A DNA stretch of 64,000 nt from Candidatus Dojkabacteria bacterium (GTDB lineage: Bacteria > Patescibacteriota > Dojkabacteria > J137), in contig JBDTVZ010000001.1 of assembly GCA_040006935.1 (NCBI GenBank), positions 359,772 to 423,771 of the forward strand, read 5' to 3'. How positions within the stretch are numbered: position 1 is the first letter of the stretch; each line of letters starts with the position of its first letter. Below, piece by piece: positions 9,201 through 18,962 of the stretch. The translations under genes were made by a program, and so were the position numbers. The notes beneath the pieces were generated by a model that was given only the letters and a program-made list of their open reading frames with translations, was not told the DNA's origin and searched no databases.

Positions 9201-11165
9201 ATGTCAGATAGTCCAGTTATTGATTCAAAAGCAGAGTTTCAAAAATTAGCAGAAGAAAGTAAAAAATCTTTCCAAAATCCATTAGCTGAATTTATTTACT
9301 ATCTTTCATATTCTAAATGGATTCCAGAAAAATCTAGAAGAGAAACATGGATCGAAACCATTGATCGATATATGGATTTCATGAATGAGAATATGGGTAC
9401 AAAGCTTACTGACATTGAATATTCGAAGGTAAGAGATTCACTTGTGAAAATGGAAACTGTTCCATCAATGAGATTGATGTGGAGTGCTGGACCTGCAGCT
9501 AGAAAATCTAATGTTACAGCTTACAATTGTTCCTATATTGCTATTGAAGAGTTAAAAGACTTTGGAGAAATAATGTATATCTCTATGTGTGGAACTGGAG
9601 TTGGATTTTCAGTTGAGAAGGCATCAATTGATAAACTTCCAACAGTTCAAATGCAAAATGGCGATATTTTACCTAAATATGTTGTTGAGGATAGTAAAGA
9701 AGGGTGGGCAAAAGCATTTGTACATGGATTAGACACTTGGTTTGCAGGAAAGAACGTAATTTTTGATTTTTCTGAATTAAGACCAAAGGGAGCACGATTA
9801 ATAACAATGGGAGGAAGGAGTTCTGGACCAGAACCATTAGCAGAGTTAATTAGTTTTACAAGAAAATTGGTTCTTAAAAACCAAGGTAAAAAATTAAGAC
9901 CTGTAGATGTTCACGATATTGCTTGTAAAATTGGAGAAATTGTAATTTCTGGAGGAGTTAGAAGAAGTGCAATGATTTCCCTATCTGACTTAGCAGATGA
10001 AGAGATGAGACATGCTAAAGATGGACAATTCTGGAAGGAAAACCCTCAAAGAATTATGTCTAATAATTCAGCTGTTTATAATGTAAAACCATCGGATGCA
10101 GAATTTTTGGATGAATGGACTAATTTGGTAAAAAGTGGATCTGGAGAGAGAGGAATTTTCAATAGAGCAGGATTAAGAGCTCAGCTTCCAGAAAGAAGAT
10201 GGAGAGTTTTTGAACCGTACTTTAAAAATTCTGGAACTAATCCTTGTGGAGAGATTGTTTTAAGATCAAAACAATTTTGTAATTTAACAAGTATTGTTGC
10301 AAGGGAAAACGACACTTTTGAAACATTAAAAGAAAAAGTAGAAATAGCTACTATATTAGGAACTTATCAGTCTACTTTAACTAACTTTGCTTTCTTATCC
10401 CCTGAGTGGAAGAAAAATTGTGATGAAGAAAGATTATTAGGAGTAAGTTTCACGGGTTTGTGGGACTGTCCAATACTTAGAGATGCAGAAGTATTAAGAA
10501 AACTAAGAGATTACTCAATTGAAGTTAATAAAAAGTATGCAGAACAGTTTGGTATAAATGCATCAACATGTATAACTTGTGTAAAACCATCTGGTAACAG
10601 TTCTCAATTAACTGACACTTCATCTGGATTACATACAAGACATGCTCCTTACTATATTAGAAGAGTAAGAATTGCTAATACAGATCCATTGTTCAAAATG
10701 ATGAAGACACAAGGGTTTCCATATAATCCTGAAGTAGGTCAGAAGGAAGAAACTGCAACAACATTTGTTCTCGAGTTCCCAATTAAGTCACCTGAAACAG
10801 CTGTATTTAAAAATAATATCAGTGCGATCGAACAATTAGAGATTTGGAAAATGTGTAAAGAGAACTTTACTGAGCATAACCCATCAGTTACAATTTCTGT
10901 AGGTTCTGGTGAATGGATTGGAGTAGCTGATTGGATTTATAAGAATTGGGAAATCACTGGAGGTCTTTCATTCCTTCCAAAGGAAGAAAATGACTTTGTT
11001 TATGAGCTCGCACCTTATGAAACAATAACAAAAGATAGATACGAGGAGTTAAAAGCTAAAATTCCAAATATTGATTTCTCTAAAATGATTAGTTATGAAT
11101 TAGAGGATTCAACTCAAGGAGCAAAAGAACTTGCTTGTATTGGGGATAAGTGTGAATTAGTTTAA
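9201..11165 (+). CDS. nrdJ: Class II (adenosylcobalamin-dependent) ribonucleotide reductase, RTPR-like
   Basis: NCS, GTGVGFS, GGVRRSA, TNPCGE catalytic motif, VKPSG, C-terminal ACIGDKC cysteine pair; no beta-subunit gene alongside. Confidence 0.93.
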   Translation: MSDSPVIDSKAEFQKLAEESKKSFQNPLAEFIYYLSYSKWIPEKSRRETWIETIDRYMDFMNENMGTKLTDIEYSKVRDSLVKMETVPSMRLMWSAGPAARKSNVTAYNCSYIAIEELKDFGEIMYISMCGTGVGFSVEKASIDKLPTVQMQNGDILPKYVVEDSKEGWAKAFVHGLDTWFAGKNVIFDFSELRPKGARLITMGGRSSGPEPLAELISFTRKLVLKNQGKKLRPVDVHDIACKIGEIVISGGVRRSAMISLSDLADEEMRHAKDGQFWKENPQRIMSNNSAVYNVKPSDAEFLDEWTNLVKSGSGERGIFNRAGLRAQLPERRWRVFEPYFKNSGTNPCGEIVLRSKQFCNLTSIVARENDTFETLKEKVEIATILGTYQSTLTNFAFLSPEWKKNCDEERLLGVSFTGLWDCPILRDAEVLRKLRDYSIEVNKKYAEQFGINASTCITCVKPSGNSSQLTDTSSGLHTRHAPYYIRRVRIANTDPLFKMMKTQGFPYNPEVGQKEETATTFVLEFPIKSPETAVFKNNISAIEQLEIWKMCKENFTEHNPSVTISVGSGEWIGVADWIYKNWEITGGLSFLPKEENDFVYELAPYETITKDRYEELKAKIPNIDFSKMISYELEDSTQGAKELACIGDKCELV

Positions 11166-11174
11166 TAAGAGTTT

Positions 11175-11202
11175 AAGGACCCTTGAAATACAGGGTCTTT
11201 TT
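11175..11202 (+). terminator. Rho-independent terminator after nrdJ
   Basis: AAGGACCCT-loop-AGGGTCTTTTT. Confidence 0.75.
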
Positions 11203-11230
11203 ACATATATTAGAATAGATAATTATTTTC

Positions 11231-11443
11231 ATGATTAGTATGAACAATTTAGTCGAGGATATAGACAATTCTGATTTTGTAGATCCAGTAGTAGTAAGTA
11301 GATTAACAGAAGAAATGAAGAATTTGGCAAGTAATGGAACTAAATTTCAGGAAATTCAAGAAATCGCTGATAATAATCAGTTATCTGTAGATAAAGTTAA
11401 TGACATTTATTCTAAAATCGTTAATTTACCTTTAATAGATTGA
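11231..11443 (+). CDS. Small hypothetical protein
   Basis: 70-aa ORF abutting the DUF1653 gene. Confidence 0.6.
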   Translation: MISMNNLVEDIDNSDFVDPVVVSRLTEEMKNLASNGTKFQEIQEIADNNQLSVDKVNDIYSKIVNLPLID

Positions 11444-11445
11444 GA

Positions 11446-11721
11446 ATGGCACACTTAGGACCAGATGAAATAGGTAATAGATTAAAAGATGCAGAAAAAT
11501 TAGTTGATAAAACTTCAAAGTATTTCCATTATAAAACTCCAGATAAATATTACTCTATTGAAGGATTTTGTATTATAGAAGCAACAGAAGAAGTAGGAGT
11601 TTTGTATCGTGGTTTGTATAAAGATTTCGAAAATATTGTTTGGCTCAGACCATTGTCAGTATTTTTAGAGGAGGTAGATGTAGATAGTAAGAAGGTAAAA
11701 CGATTCCAGAAAGTAGTATGA
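11446..11721 (+). CDS. DUF1653 family protein
   Basis: YFHYK, VLYRGLY, WLRPLSVF, KRF motifs. Confidence 0.9.
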   Translation: MAHLGPDEIGNRLKDAEKLVDKTSKYFHYKTPDKYYSIEGFCIIEATEEVGVLYRGLYKDFENIVWLRPLSVFLEEVDVDSKKVKRFQKVV

Positions 11722-13075
11722 TTTAAAAACATTATTACAATAATTCTATGGATAAACAAATGAGTAGAAGAGATTTTCTAATAAGAGCAATGCAGAATCT
11801 AGCTGGTGCTGCTGTAGCAGCGAGTGGGATTCCTACTCCAACACTTCCACAAATTCCCAATCCAAATTTAATTCCAGTAGTTAATCAAACTAGTGATGAT
11901 GAACCTACAGAAATGACAATTGAGAATATCTCTCCAGGCATCGGAGGAATGATTACATTCGAAATATCTGGCTATCTACCAGATACAATCCCAATAGAGC
12001 AGACCACCTTAAGCAATCCCATACATTCACTTTTGGGTGACTGGCAAAATAAGATGCCTGCAATTATGTCAGGACTAGTTAATTATCTGACAGAAAATCA
12101 AAGACTTGACATTAATACTCCTACAGTAATCGCAGCTGCAGAGATATTTCCATTAAATATAGATGAGAATCCTGGGGTCACATATGGGAACCCTACTGCT
12201 TTCAACGGAAGACGCCAAGGTCTTAATATGATAGGAGGAATTCAAAACTACCAACCTGCACAGCATTGGATACGACCTGAAACTACAGATCCTTTAATGA
12301 CTCGACAAGATTGGATTAATTATCTAGTTACGCATGAGATAGGTCATTTTAACCATGTATATTTTCCTAGTAGAATTTATCTGACTGACGACAGCATCAT
12401 CAGATGCTCTGGAGATAATATGCATCCAGCAGGGAATCCATACCCTATGAGAGATGGAAGTACTACTGATATATATCCTGAGCATGGTTTATTAGGAGGG
12501 CATTGGGAAGATGGCGATAATTTCGGTAATGTAAGATTAGATGATTTATATCTTTTCATAATGGGAATTACTACGGCAGAAGAATTTAATGCTACGAATC
12601 CATATTTTATTAGCTCAGAAACCGGAGAAGAACTGCCTTTTACAGCTGAGGATATTATAAATACTTTAGATAGAAGAGGTGCTTTCGATATTTTTGGGGA
12701 GGATCGATCTTATAATGAAAATTTAGCTATGATGGGATTTGGTGTAGATCATTTTACTCCAGGATGGTTTCTAGATACTTATGGTATAAATGACCCTGAG
12801 ACCGGATCAAGATATTTACCTATCAATGTAATTCCTATAATTTTTAAAGGAGAACAGTCTGCAAACTTATATTTTGACGGAGATAAATTAAGAGATTATG
12901 CCTCACCATGCATGCAAGCTGTTCATCATATGCAGGCTTTATGGGCACATGGAACAAGAAATAAGGTTAGGATGAATATAATAACTATGGAAAATTCACA
13001 AGATTCAGCTAATTTAGTCAATGCCCTCAGACCTTAGAACCGATAGTAAGAAGGTAAAACGATTTCAGAAAGTAG
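11683..13075. repeat. 34-bp direct repeat pair bracketing the metalloprotease gene
   Basis: GATAGTAAGAAGGTAAAACGATTYCAGAAAGTAG at 11683-11716 and 13042-13075, one mismatch. Confidence 0.95.
11748..13037 (+). CDS. Putative exported zinc metalloprotease with twin-arginine-type signal
   Basis: SRRDFL signal, Pro-rich linker, THEIGH (HExxH), downstream GHW and DLYLFIMG. Confidence 0.7.
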   Translation: MDKQMSRRDFLIRAMQNLAGAAVAASGIPTPTLPQIPNPNLIPVVNQTSDDEPTEMTIENISPGIGGMITFEISGYLPDTIPIEQTTLSNPIHSLLGDWQNKMPAIMSGLVNYLTENQRLDINTPTVIAAAEIFPLNIDENPGVTYGNPTAFNGRRQGLNMIGGIQNYQPAQHWIRPETTDPLMTRQDWINYLVTHEIGHFNHVYFPSRIYLTDDSIIRCSGDNMHPAGNPYPMRDGSTTDIYPEHGLLGGHWEDGDNFGNVRLDDLYLFIMGITTAEEFNATNPYFISSETGEELPFTAEDIINTLDRRGAFDIFGEDRSYNENLAMMGFGVDHFTPGWFLDTYGINDPETGSRYLPINVIPIIFKGEQSANLYFDGDKLRDYASPCMQAVHHMQALWAHGTRNKVRMNIITMENSQDSANLVNALRP

Positions 13076-13090
13076 AGCTATAATTTCCCC

Positions 13091-14911
13091 ATGAATAAAT
13101 TTCCCGACCAAATACAATTTGGAATTGCTACTTCGTCTTCACAACATGGAACTCCAACCGAAGCCGATTTTGTCTTTGTAGAAAAATTAAGACAAATCAT
13201 TGATAATTATTCTGCCGAAGAAGCTTTGCAGATGATACTCAATGATTCTCTTTCTGGGGAGCAATCGCAAACTTCTCTGAAAGAAATCGGTTTAAATATA
13301 AATGCTATCAGAAACATTATTGCCAAATACGTCGAAGAAGGTCATTTAGAAGAAGCAATAGATATTGTCAGGAGTATTGCTGATTTGTTAGTTTTTGGAA
13401 TTGATAAGGAAATTGTATTTTATAAATATGTAGAACTTCTCAAATTATTTAATTTTAGTATTTTAAGATTTAGCTTAGACTGGAACAAAATTGTTGATGA
13501 AGATAATGAACCTAATTCCAAAGAAATATATAAATATGCAAAAAAAGTTAGTCTTCTTATAGAAAATGGTATTGAACCCATAATTACATTTTCTCATTTC
13601 GAAACTAATGGTTTAGATATTCATTCTCCGGAGTTTGAGAAATTATTTAAAAAAGTATCATTGGAAGTATTACAAAACCTTATTCCTCTTGGAGTTGAGT
13701 ATTGGATCGCATTTAATGAACCTGCTGTTCATTCTGGCGGAATTAATCTGGGTTTTTGGGGAAAAGGTACGCCAAATATTGCTGGATTAAAAAAACATTT
13801 CAAAACTGTAAAACGTTTAGGTGAATTATCAAAATTTTTCTATAAAACAGCGCATGATGTGGGAAGGGAAAGTGGAGTAAATGTAAAAGTTATTGCTAAT
13901 TTTAATGTTTCTTTTTTTGATACAGGAAAACATCCTACACCTTTAGATAAATTATCTGCTTGGATTGGAGATAAAGTAGATAAAGATACTCAATTAAATG
14001 CTTACAGATTTGAAGATGGTAAATATGCTTTCGATATAATCGCATTAAATCCTTATCAAATTTATAATTTTGCACTTACAAATAGATTTTTTAGAAAGCT
14101 AATTCCAAGATTATTAAAAGATTTAACTAATGGGGCTTATTTATACGGAGAGGGAGAATATTTAAATGAAGAATTGGATTTTAATAACCTTATACCAAAC
14201 ACATCTAATCCAGATTTTGAAGATTTTAATGAAACTAGAGTGGGTAGCCATGGAGAAATCTTACATCCTAAGTCAATAAGCATAGCTATTAAATTAATGA
14301 TAGAAAGATACCACCTCACACATGTGGCCTTAACCGAAGTAGGTGCAGATATTTATAATAAAGATGAATTTTCAACAGAAGACAAAGTTTGGTATTTAAG
14401 AAAAGTTAAAGAAGAGTTGGAGAAATTAGTAGAAGATGGAATTTCTATTCCTTTTGTTTTGATTTGGACATTAATAAGGATGTGGGAGATATTAGGCCCA
14501 AATGGTGGAGGTATCGGAGTATGGGACTTTGGGATCCTAGGAGAGCCTTTGAGTAGAAAAGATATTCAAATTAACTTAATAAAACATTTGGAGATGGACG
14601 AAGTAAGTGCCGCAAAGCTTGCTGAGAATATCGAGAGAGAAGGCAATACCCCTATCAGAATTTACAGAGAAATGATTGAGAATCTAGGTGAAATATTTAT
14701 TTCATCAAAAATTAATTTAGAGAATGTAGTTGAAGCACTTATAACAAACAAAGGTGAAGAGAATGAACTCGTAATAAATATTCTACAATTAATTGAATTA
14801 AAAGAATACTATTTAAAACAGGAGGATTCATTCTCTGTAAGATGTATAGATGGGATTCTGACTTCTCAACTTGAAAAGTTCCAGAATAAATCAGTAGCAA
14901 TTGAACAGTAA
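13091..14911 (+). CDS. Glycoside hydrolase family 1-like protein
   Basis: FPDQIQFGIATSSSQ, RFSLDW, HF, FNEP acid/base, LTEVG nucleophile; helical insertion and C-terminal extension. Confidence 0.85.
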   Translation: MNKFPDQIQFGIATSSSQHGTPTEADFVFVEKLRQIIDNYSAEEALQMILNDSLSGEQSQTSLKEIGLNINAIRNIIAKYVEEGHLEEAIDIVRSIADLLVFGIDKEIVFYKYVELLKLFNFSILRFSLDWNKIVDEDNEPNSKEIYKYAKKVSLLIENGIEPIITFSHFETNGLDIHSPEFEKLFKKVSLEVLQNLIPLGVEYWIAFNEPAVHSGGINLGFWGKGTPNIAGLKKHFKTVKRLGELSKFFYKTAHDVGRESGVNVKVIANFNVSFFDTGKHPTPLDKLSAWIGDKVDKDTQLNAYRFEDGKYAFDIIALNPYQIYNFALTNRFFRKLIPRLLKDLTNGAYLYGEGEYLNEELDFNNLIPNTSNPDFEDFNETRVGSHGEILHPKSISIAIKLMIERYHLTHVALTEVGADIYNKDEFSTEDKVWYLRKVKEELEKLVEDGISIPFVLIWTLIRMWEILGPNGGGIGVWDFGILGEPLSRKDIQINLIKHLEMDEVSAAKLAENIEREGNTPIRIYREMIENLGEIFISSKINLENVVEALITNKGEENELVINILQLIELKEYYLKQEDSFSVRCIDGILTSQLEKFQNKSVAIEQ

Positions 14912-16051
14912 TTAAATCAAATACGCCCAAACTCCAACAATAGCACAAACCAAACTAAATAATGCAAATCGCATTACAACTTTCTCTTCACTCCAACCAT
15001 ATTTAATTTGAAAATGGTAATGAATCGGAGCCATTGCAAAAATTCGTTTACCAAATATTCTTCGTCCAATTCCCTGAACAACGCCAGATAGTAGAGTGAT
15101 TACAAATGGTAATGAAATAATTAATAAAAGTAATGGTTCCCGAAGTATAAATGCTGTTGTGGCTAGCAAAGTTCCCATCGCTAAAGATCCAACATCCCCC
15201 ATTTGGAATCTTGCAGGTGGGGTGTTGAAGTACAGATAAGTAATTAATGAGCCGATGACTGTTGCAATTAGAAATACCATTCTTAAATCTTGTCTAAAAA
15301 TTGCTACAATTATAAATCCAACAAAGGAAGCTAATAATTCTGAAGCAGCTAAGCCGTCCATTCCATCAGATAAGTTAACAGCATTCGTCATAAGAACTAC
15401 AGCAACCCAAGCAAAAGGAATAATTAAAATTCCTAGATTTATAAATGTGTTAAATAAAGGAATATGTAATTGGCCTAACATTCCTCCACTAGTATAAAAA
15501 TAAAGTCCAAATCCTAAAGCAAGCCCTGCGATGGATTGAATAATAATTTTTTCGTGTGCTTGAATTCCTTTCCCGGGATTAGATCCCAACATATAGAAAA
15601 AACTTTTGTATGCTTCCCACGGAAGTGTAACAATCATCACTAACCTTCTTCCAAAGCTTTTGTGAACTTTAATTAATGTAAGGATTCTTCCTATTGTTTT
15701 TGGTTTAGCTCTATCACGTCCGAAAATATTTAAAATATCATCAAAACCACCAAGAAAAGCTGATAGTAAGAATATTGCGAGAGTTAGATATAGCCCATTG
15801 TTTCTAGCAGGATTGAAGAATAAATTTATAACAGTTATAGAAATTACAAGAATTAAACCACCCATAATTGGAACACCTATTTTTAAATTTCGTTTTTCTA
15901 TAAGAGTGGTGAAATCCACAGTCATTCTGCGAGTAATTTTAAATTTGTATAGAATTGAAATAATCGGGAAAGCTATTAGGAAGCTAAATCCCATAGATAA
16001 AATTATTACAGTAAGAATATCTGCTAAGTTAATTCCTGCGATTGAAAACAT
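14912..16051 (-). CDS. mraY: Phospho-N-acetylmuramoyl-pentapeptide transferase
   Basis: PIMGG, GFDD, NAVNLSDGMDGL, QMGDVGS, MAPIHYHF. Confidence 0.95.
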   Translation of the reverse strand: MFSIAGINLADILTVIILSMGFSFLIAFPIISILYKFKITRRMTVDFTTLIEKRNLKIGVPIMGGLILVISITVINLFFNPARNNGLYLTLAIFLLSAFLGGFDDILNIFGRDRAKPKTIGRILTLIKVHKSFGRRLVMIVTLPWEAYKSFFYMLGSNPGKGIQAHEKIIIQSIAGLALGFGLYFYTSGGMLGQLHIPLFNTFINLGILIIPFAWVAVVLMTNAVNLSDGMDGLAASELLASFVGFIIVAIFRQDLRMVFLIATVIGSLITYLYFNTPPARFQMGDVGSLAMGTLLATTAFILREPLLLLIISLPFVITLLSGVVQGIGRRIFGKRIFAMAPIHYHFQIKYGWSEEKVVMRFALFSLVCAIVGVWAYLI

Positions 16052-16202
16052 TTAAAAAAATTAAGAATTATAAATTATAAACCTGCCTACCATGCATTCG
16101 ACAGATAAACCGGCAGGCAGGTTAGAGAAAATCTCAGAATTTAACCAATTATACTAATTTTTTAGAGAGATCTGTATATTTGGTGTCATGGAATGAGATT
16201 CT

Positions 16203-16332
16203 GTAGGGGACGCATTTATGCGTCCCTCATAAAGTGCCAGGTCAAAGAGTAATCCCCGCCTGCTCCCGACTAGCAGGAGGGAGGGCGGGCACTTCATGCA
16301 GTATTAAACTGCCAGGAGAGTAGATGAGGTGG
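16203..16332 (+). repeat. Composite REP-headed element, copy 2, with nested GC-rich hairpin
   Basis: Matches copy 1; extra CCGCCTGCTCCC...GAGGGCGGGC at about 16256-16290. Confidence 0.9.
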
Positions 16333-16389
16333 GCTAAAGTCAACATAAATCGAAATAAGGCCGCACAAAGTCAATAGTGTATTTTTGGT

Positions 16390-16430
16390 GCGGTATGACC
16401 TCACCCTAACCCTCTCCTTAAAAGGAGAGG
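16390..16430. repeat. CCTCACCCTAACCCTCTCC-type REP-like element
   Basis: Near-identical inverted copy at 35889-35930. Confidence 0.8.
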
Positions 16431-16481
16431 AAAAATATAAGCACTAAATGACAACTATCAATTTCTTGATATAATCAATTC

Positions 16482-18017
16482 ATGAGTTTTTTAACTACAA
16501 AAGCACCACAATTTCAAGAAAAAGTAAAAAATGCGCCTAAAATCCCCGGTTGCTACATCTATAAAGATAAAGATGGAGGAGTTCTTTATGTTGGAAAAGC
16601 TAAAAATTTAAAAAATAGAGTAAATAGTTATTTTAATAATTATTCAAAGCTTGAAATCCGAATCCAACAAATGTTAGATCAAGCTGAAGATATAGAACTA
16701 TACACTGTAGATAGTGAAGTAGAATCTATAATTCTTGAAACTAATCTTATTAAAAAGTATAAGACGAAGTACAACATTTTAATGCGTGATGATAAAACTT
16801 ATAGTTGGGTAATGTTTGAAAAACAAATCAAAGGTGTGAATGATTATCCTAGAATTAGGATTTTAAGAAATAAGGATAAAACAGATGAAGTAGCAGAATA
16901 TTTTGGCCCATATCCCGCACAAATGCCTTTGAAAAATATTTTAAAAAAAGTCCGAAAAGTATTTCCATATGCGAGTTGCAACAGAAGGTTAATTCAAATT
17001 ACAGAAGATCCAGTTCAAGTTGATACAAACAATCGAATTCCATGTTTGTATTATCATATTGGACTTTGTAAAGCTCCTTGCGCAAGTTTACAAAATAAAA
17101 AAGATTACATGCGTGACTTTAATAATATAAAAAAATTCTTTCAAGGCGAAAAAATTGATATCTTAAAAGAATTGGAAAAGAATATGAGTTTATACTCACA
17201 TGATAAAGATTATGAAAATGCTGCAAAAGTTCGAGATAAAATAAATGACATTAAATATGTCACTGCAAACATGGGAATTAGTAATGAAATTGATGATATT
17301 ACAGTAGACAATTTAAAAAATATTCAAAGAGAAAATGGACAAAAAGATTTGATTGAGAAATTAAAATTCCCGGAAGATAAATTGAAAAATCATAAAGATT
17401 TTAGAATAGAGTGTTATGACATCAGTAATATTCAAGGGACAAATCCAGTGGGCGCAATGACTGTAATGATAAATGGAGAAGTACGACCAGATATGTATAG
17501 AAAGTTTAGAATTAATTCAAAAGAAACTCCCGATGATTTTGGAATGCTCCAGGAAATGATGGAGAGAAGATTGAAATACCTGCAGACGGATAATGGAAAA
17601 TGGATAACGGATAACAGAAAATCGAATTCTGAAAACTCAAAACTCAAAACTCAAAACTCAGAAAATGACGAGTCATTTTCTACTAAGCCTGATTTAATAA
17701 TCATCGACGGCGGTAAAGGACAATTAAATTCAGTTTATTTAATTTTAAAACAATATAATTTACACACAGAAATTCCGATTGTAGGTTTAGCAAAGCGAGA
17801 GGAAGAAATTTTTAAAATGACCTACCAGTTTAAAGACGAGGATCATGTAGGAGATGAAAAAAATTTAAGATTGCAAGGGATTTCAAAATTTACAAGAATA
17901 ATGTTGCCAAGAAAATCTGAAGCTTTGTATATTGTACAAAGAATTAGAGACGAAGCACATAGATTTGGAATTACCTATCATAGAAAGCTTAGAAGCAAGA
18001 AGATGACGCTAACATAG
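16482..18017 (+). CDS. uvrC: Excinuclease ABC subunit C (GIY-YIG, UVR and RNase H-like domains; no C-terminal HhH)
   Basis: PGCYIY..YVGKAKNLKNRV, ECYDIS, IDGGKGQ, RDEAHRF; ends right after HRKLRSK. Confidence 0.95.
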   Translation: MSFLTTKAPQFQEKVKNAPKIPGCYIYKDKDGGVLYVGKAKNLKNRVNSYFNNYSKLEIRIQQMLDQAEDIELYTVDSEVESIILETNLIKKYKTKYNILMRDDKTYSWVMFEKQIKGVNDYPRIRILRNKDKTDEVAEYFGPYPAQMPLKNILKKVRKVFPYASCNRRLIQITEDPVQVDTNNRIPCLYYHIGLCKAPCASLQNKKDYMRDFNNIKKFFQGEKIDILKELEKNMSLYSHDKDYENAAKVRDKINDIKYVTANMGISNEIDDITVDNLKNIQRENGQKDLIEKLKFPEDKLKNHKDFRIECYDISNIQGTNPVGAMTVMINGEVRPDMYRKFRINSKETPDDFGMLQEMMERRLKYLQTDNGKWITDNRKSNSENSKLKTQNSENDESFSTKPDLIIIDGGKGQLNSVYLILKQYNLHTEIPIVGLAKREEEIFKMTYQFKDEDHVGDEKNLRLQGISKFTRIMLPRKSEALYIVQRIRDEAHRFGITYHRKLRSKKMTLT

Positions 18018-18153
18018 GTGTCATTGCGAGGAGTCCGGAAGGACGACGTGGCAATCCCGTTGGGAAACCAGGTCATAGCTCGACTGAGTTTATCCTACCT
18101 GCCTGCGATCCTCTCCTGCCGGTTTATCTGCCGAAGGCATGGCAGGCAAGTTT

Positions 18154-18774
18154 TTAATTTCTTCTAGTAGTAGTAACTGTTTTCGTAACTTTCCCCGCAC
18201 CATCTAAGATACTTGCTAAAAATCTTTCACTGAAAATATCCAGAAGTACAACTATTATTAAGGCAATAATTGCTGAGATATTTAACATTCCATTTAACAC
18301 TGGTATCCCTTGAATAATTCCTTGTGTCCAATCTGTTAAAGCAAAAATACTTAATATGAAAGAAGGCGCGTTTATTCGGTTATATAAATTAAATAAATCT
18401 AAAATTATTCTTATGAATAGTAAAAGTTCAATTACTTTAAAAATCCCATCAACAAAATTTTGAATTATATCTGTAATATTGTCATACAAAAATGCAGTTA
18501 TAATTTCGGAAATTGCAATTGCTAAAAGTACATATATTGCAATCGCAATCAACGCATCTACATTTATATTCGGCAAAGCAACGCCCGAAGGTACACTTAC
18601 AGCATTTGCAAAAGGATAGATGAAAAAATTACTTACACTATAAATTGCATCAATGAGAATATTTCCAGTCGATGCACCAACCATTTGAACTAATATTCTA
18701 ATTACTAGTATTGCTGCAATTAAACCTGCAACACCTAATATTAAAGCACGTACTCGATATCTAAGATCAGCCAT
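18154..18774 (-). CDS. Membrane protein with tandem YggT-like domains
   Basis: Two hydrophobic repeats with RIL..IYSVS..PF / RII..IFALT pattern. Confidence 0.7.
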   Translation of the reverse strand: MADLRYRVRALILGVAGLIAAILVIRILVQMVGASTGNILIDAIYSVSNFFIYPFANAVSVPSGVALPNINVDALIAIAIYVLLAIAISEIITAFLYDNITDIIQNFVDGIFKVIELLLFIRIILDLFNLYNRINAPSFILSIFALTDWTQGIIQGIPVLNGMLNISAIIALIIVVLLDIFSERFLASILDGAGKVTKTVTTTRRN

Positions 18775-18962
18775 GGTAGTTAATAGTTAAAAGTTAATAG
18801 TGAATGAATCTTCTCAATAAATATATCATAAATCAAAGCCTGGTAGTCACATTCTGTTATATTTTAGTAGAATAGTAAAAGATTTTAAATAGAAAAGTAT
18901 TATTCACTTTTTAACTATTCACTATTAACTATAAATTATATATACTGAATAGAATAAGATAA

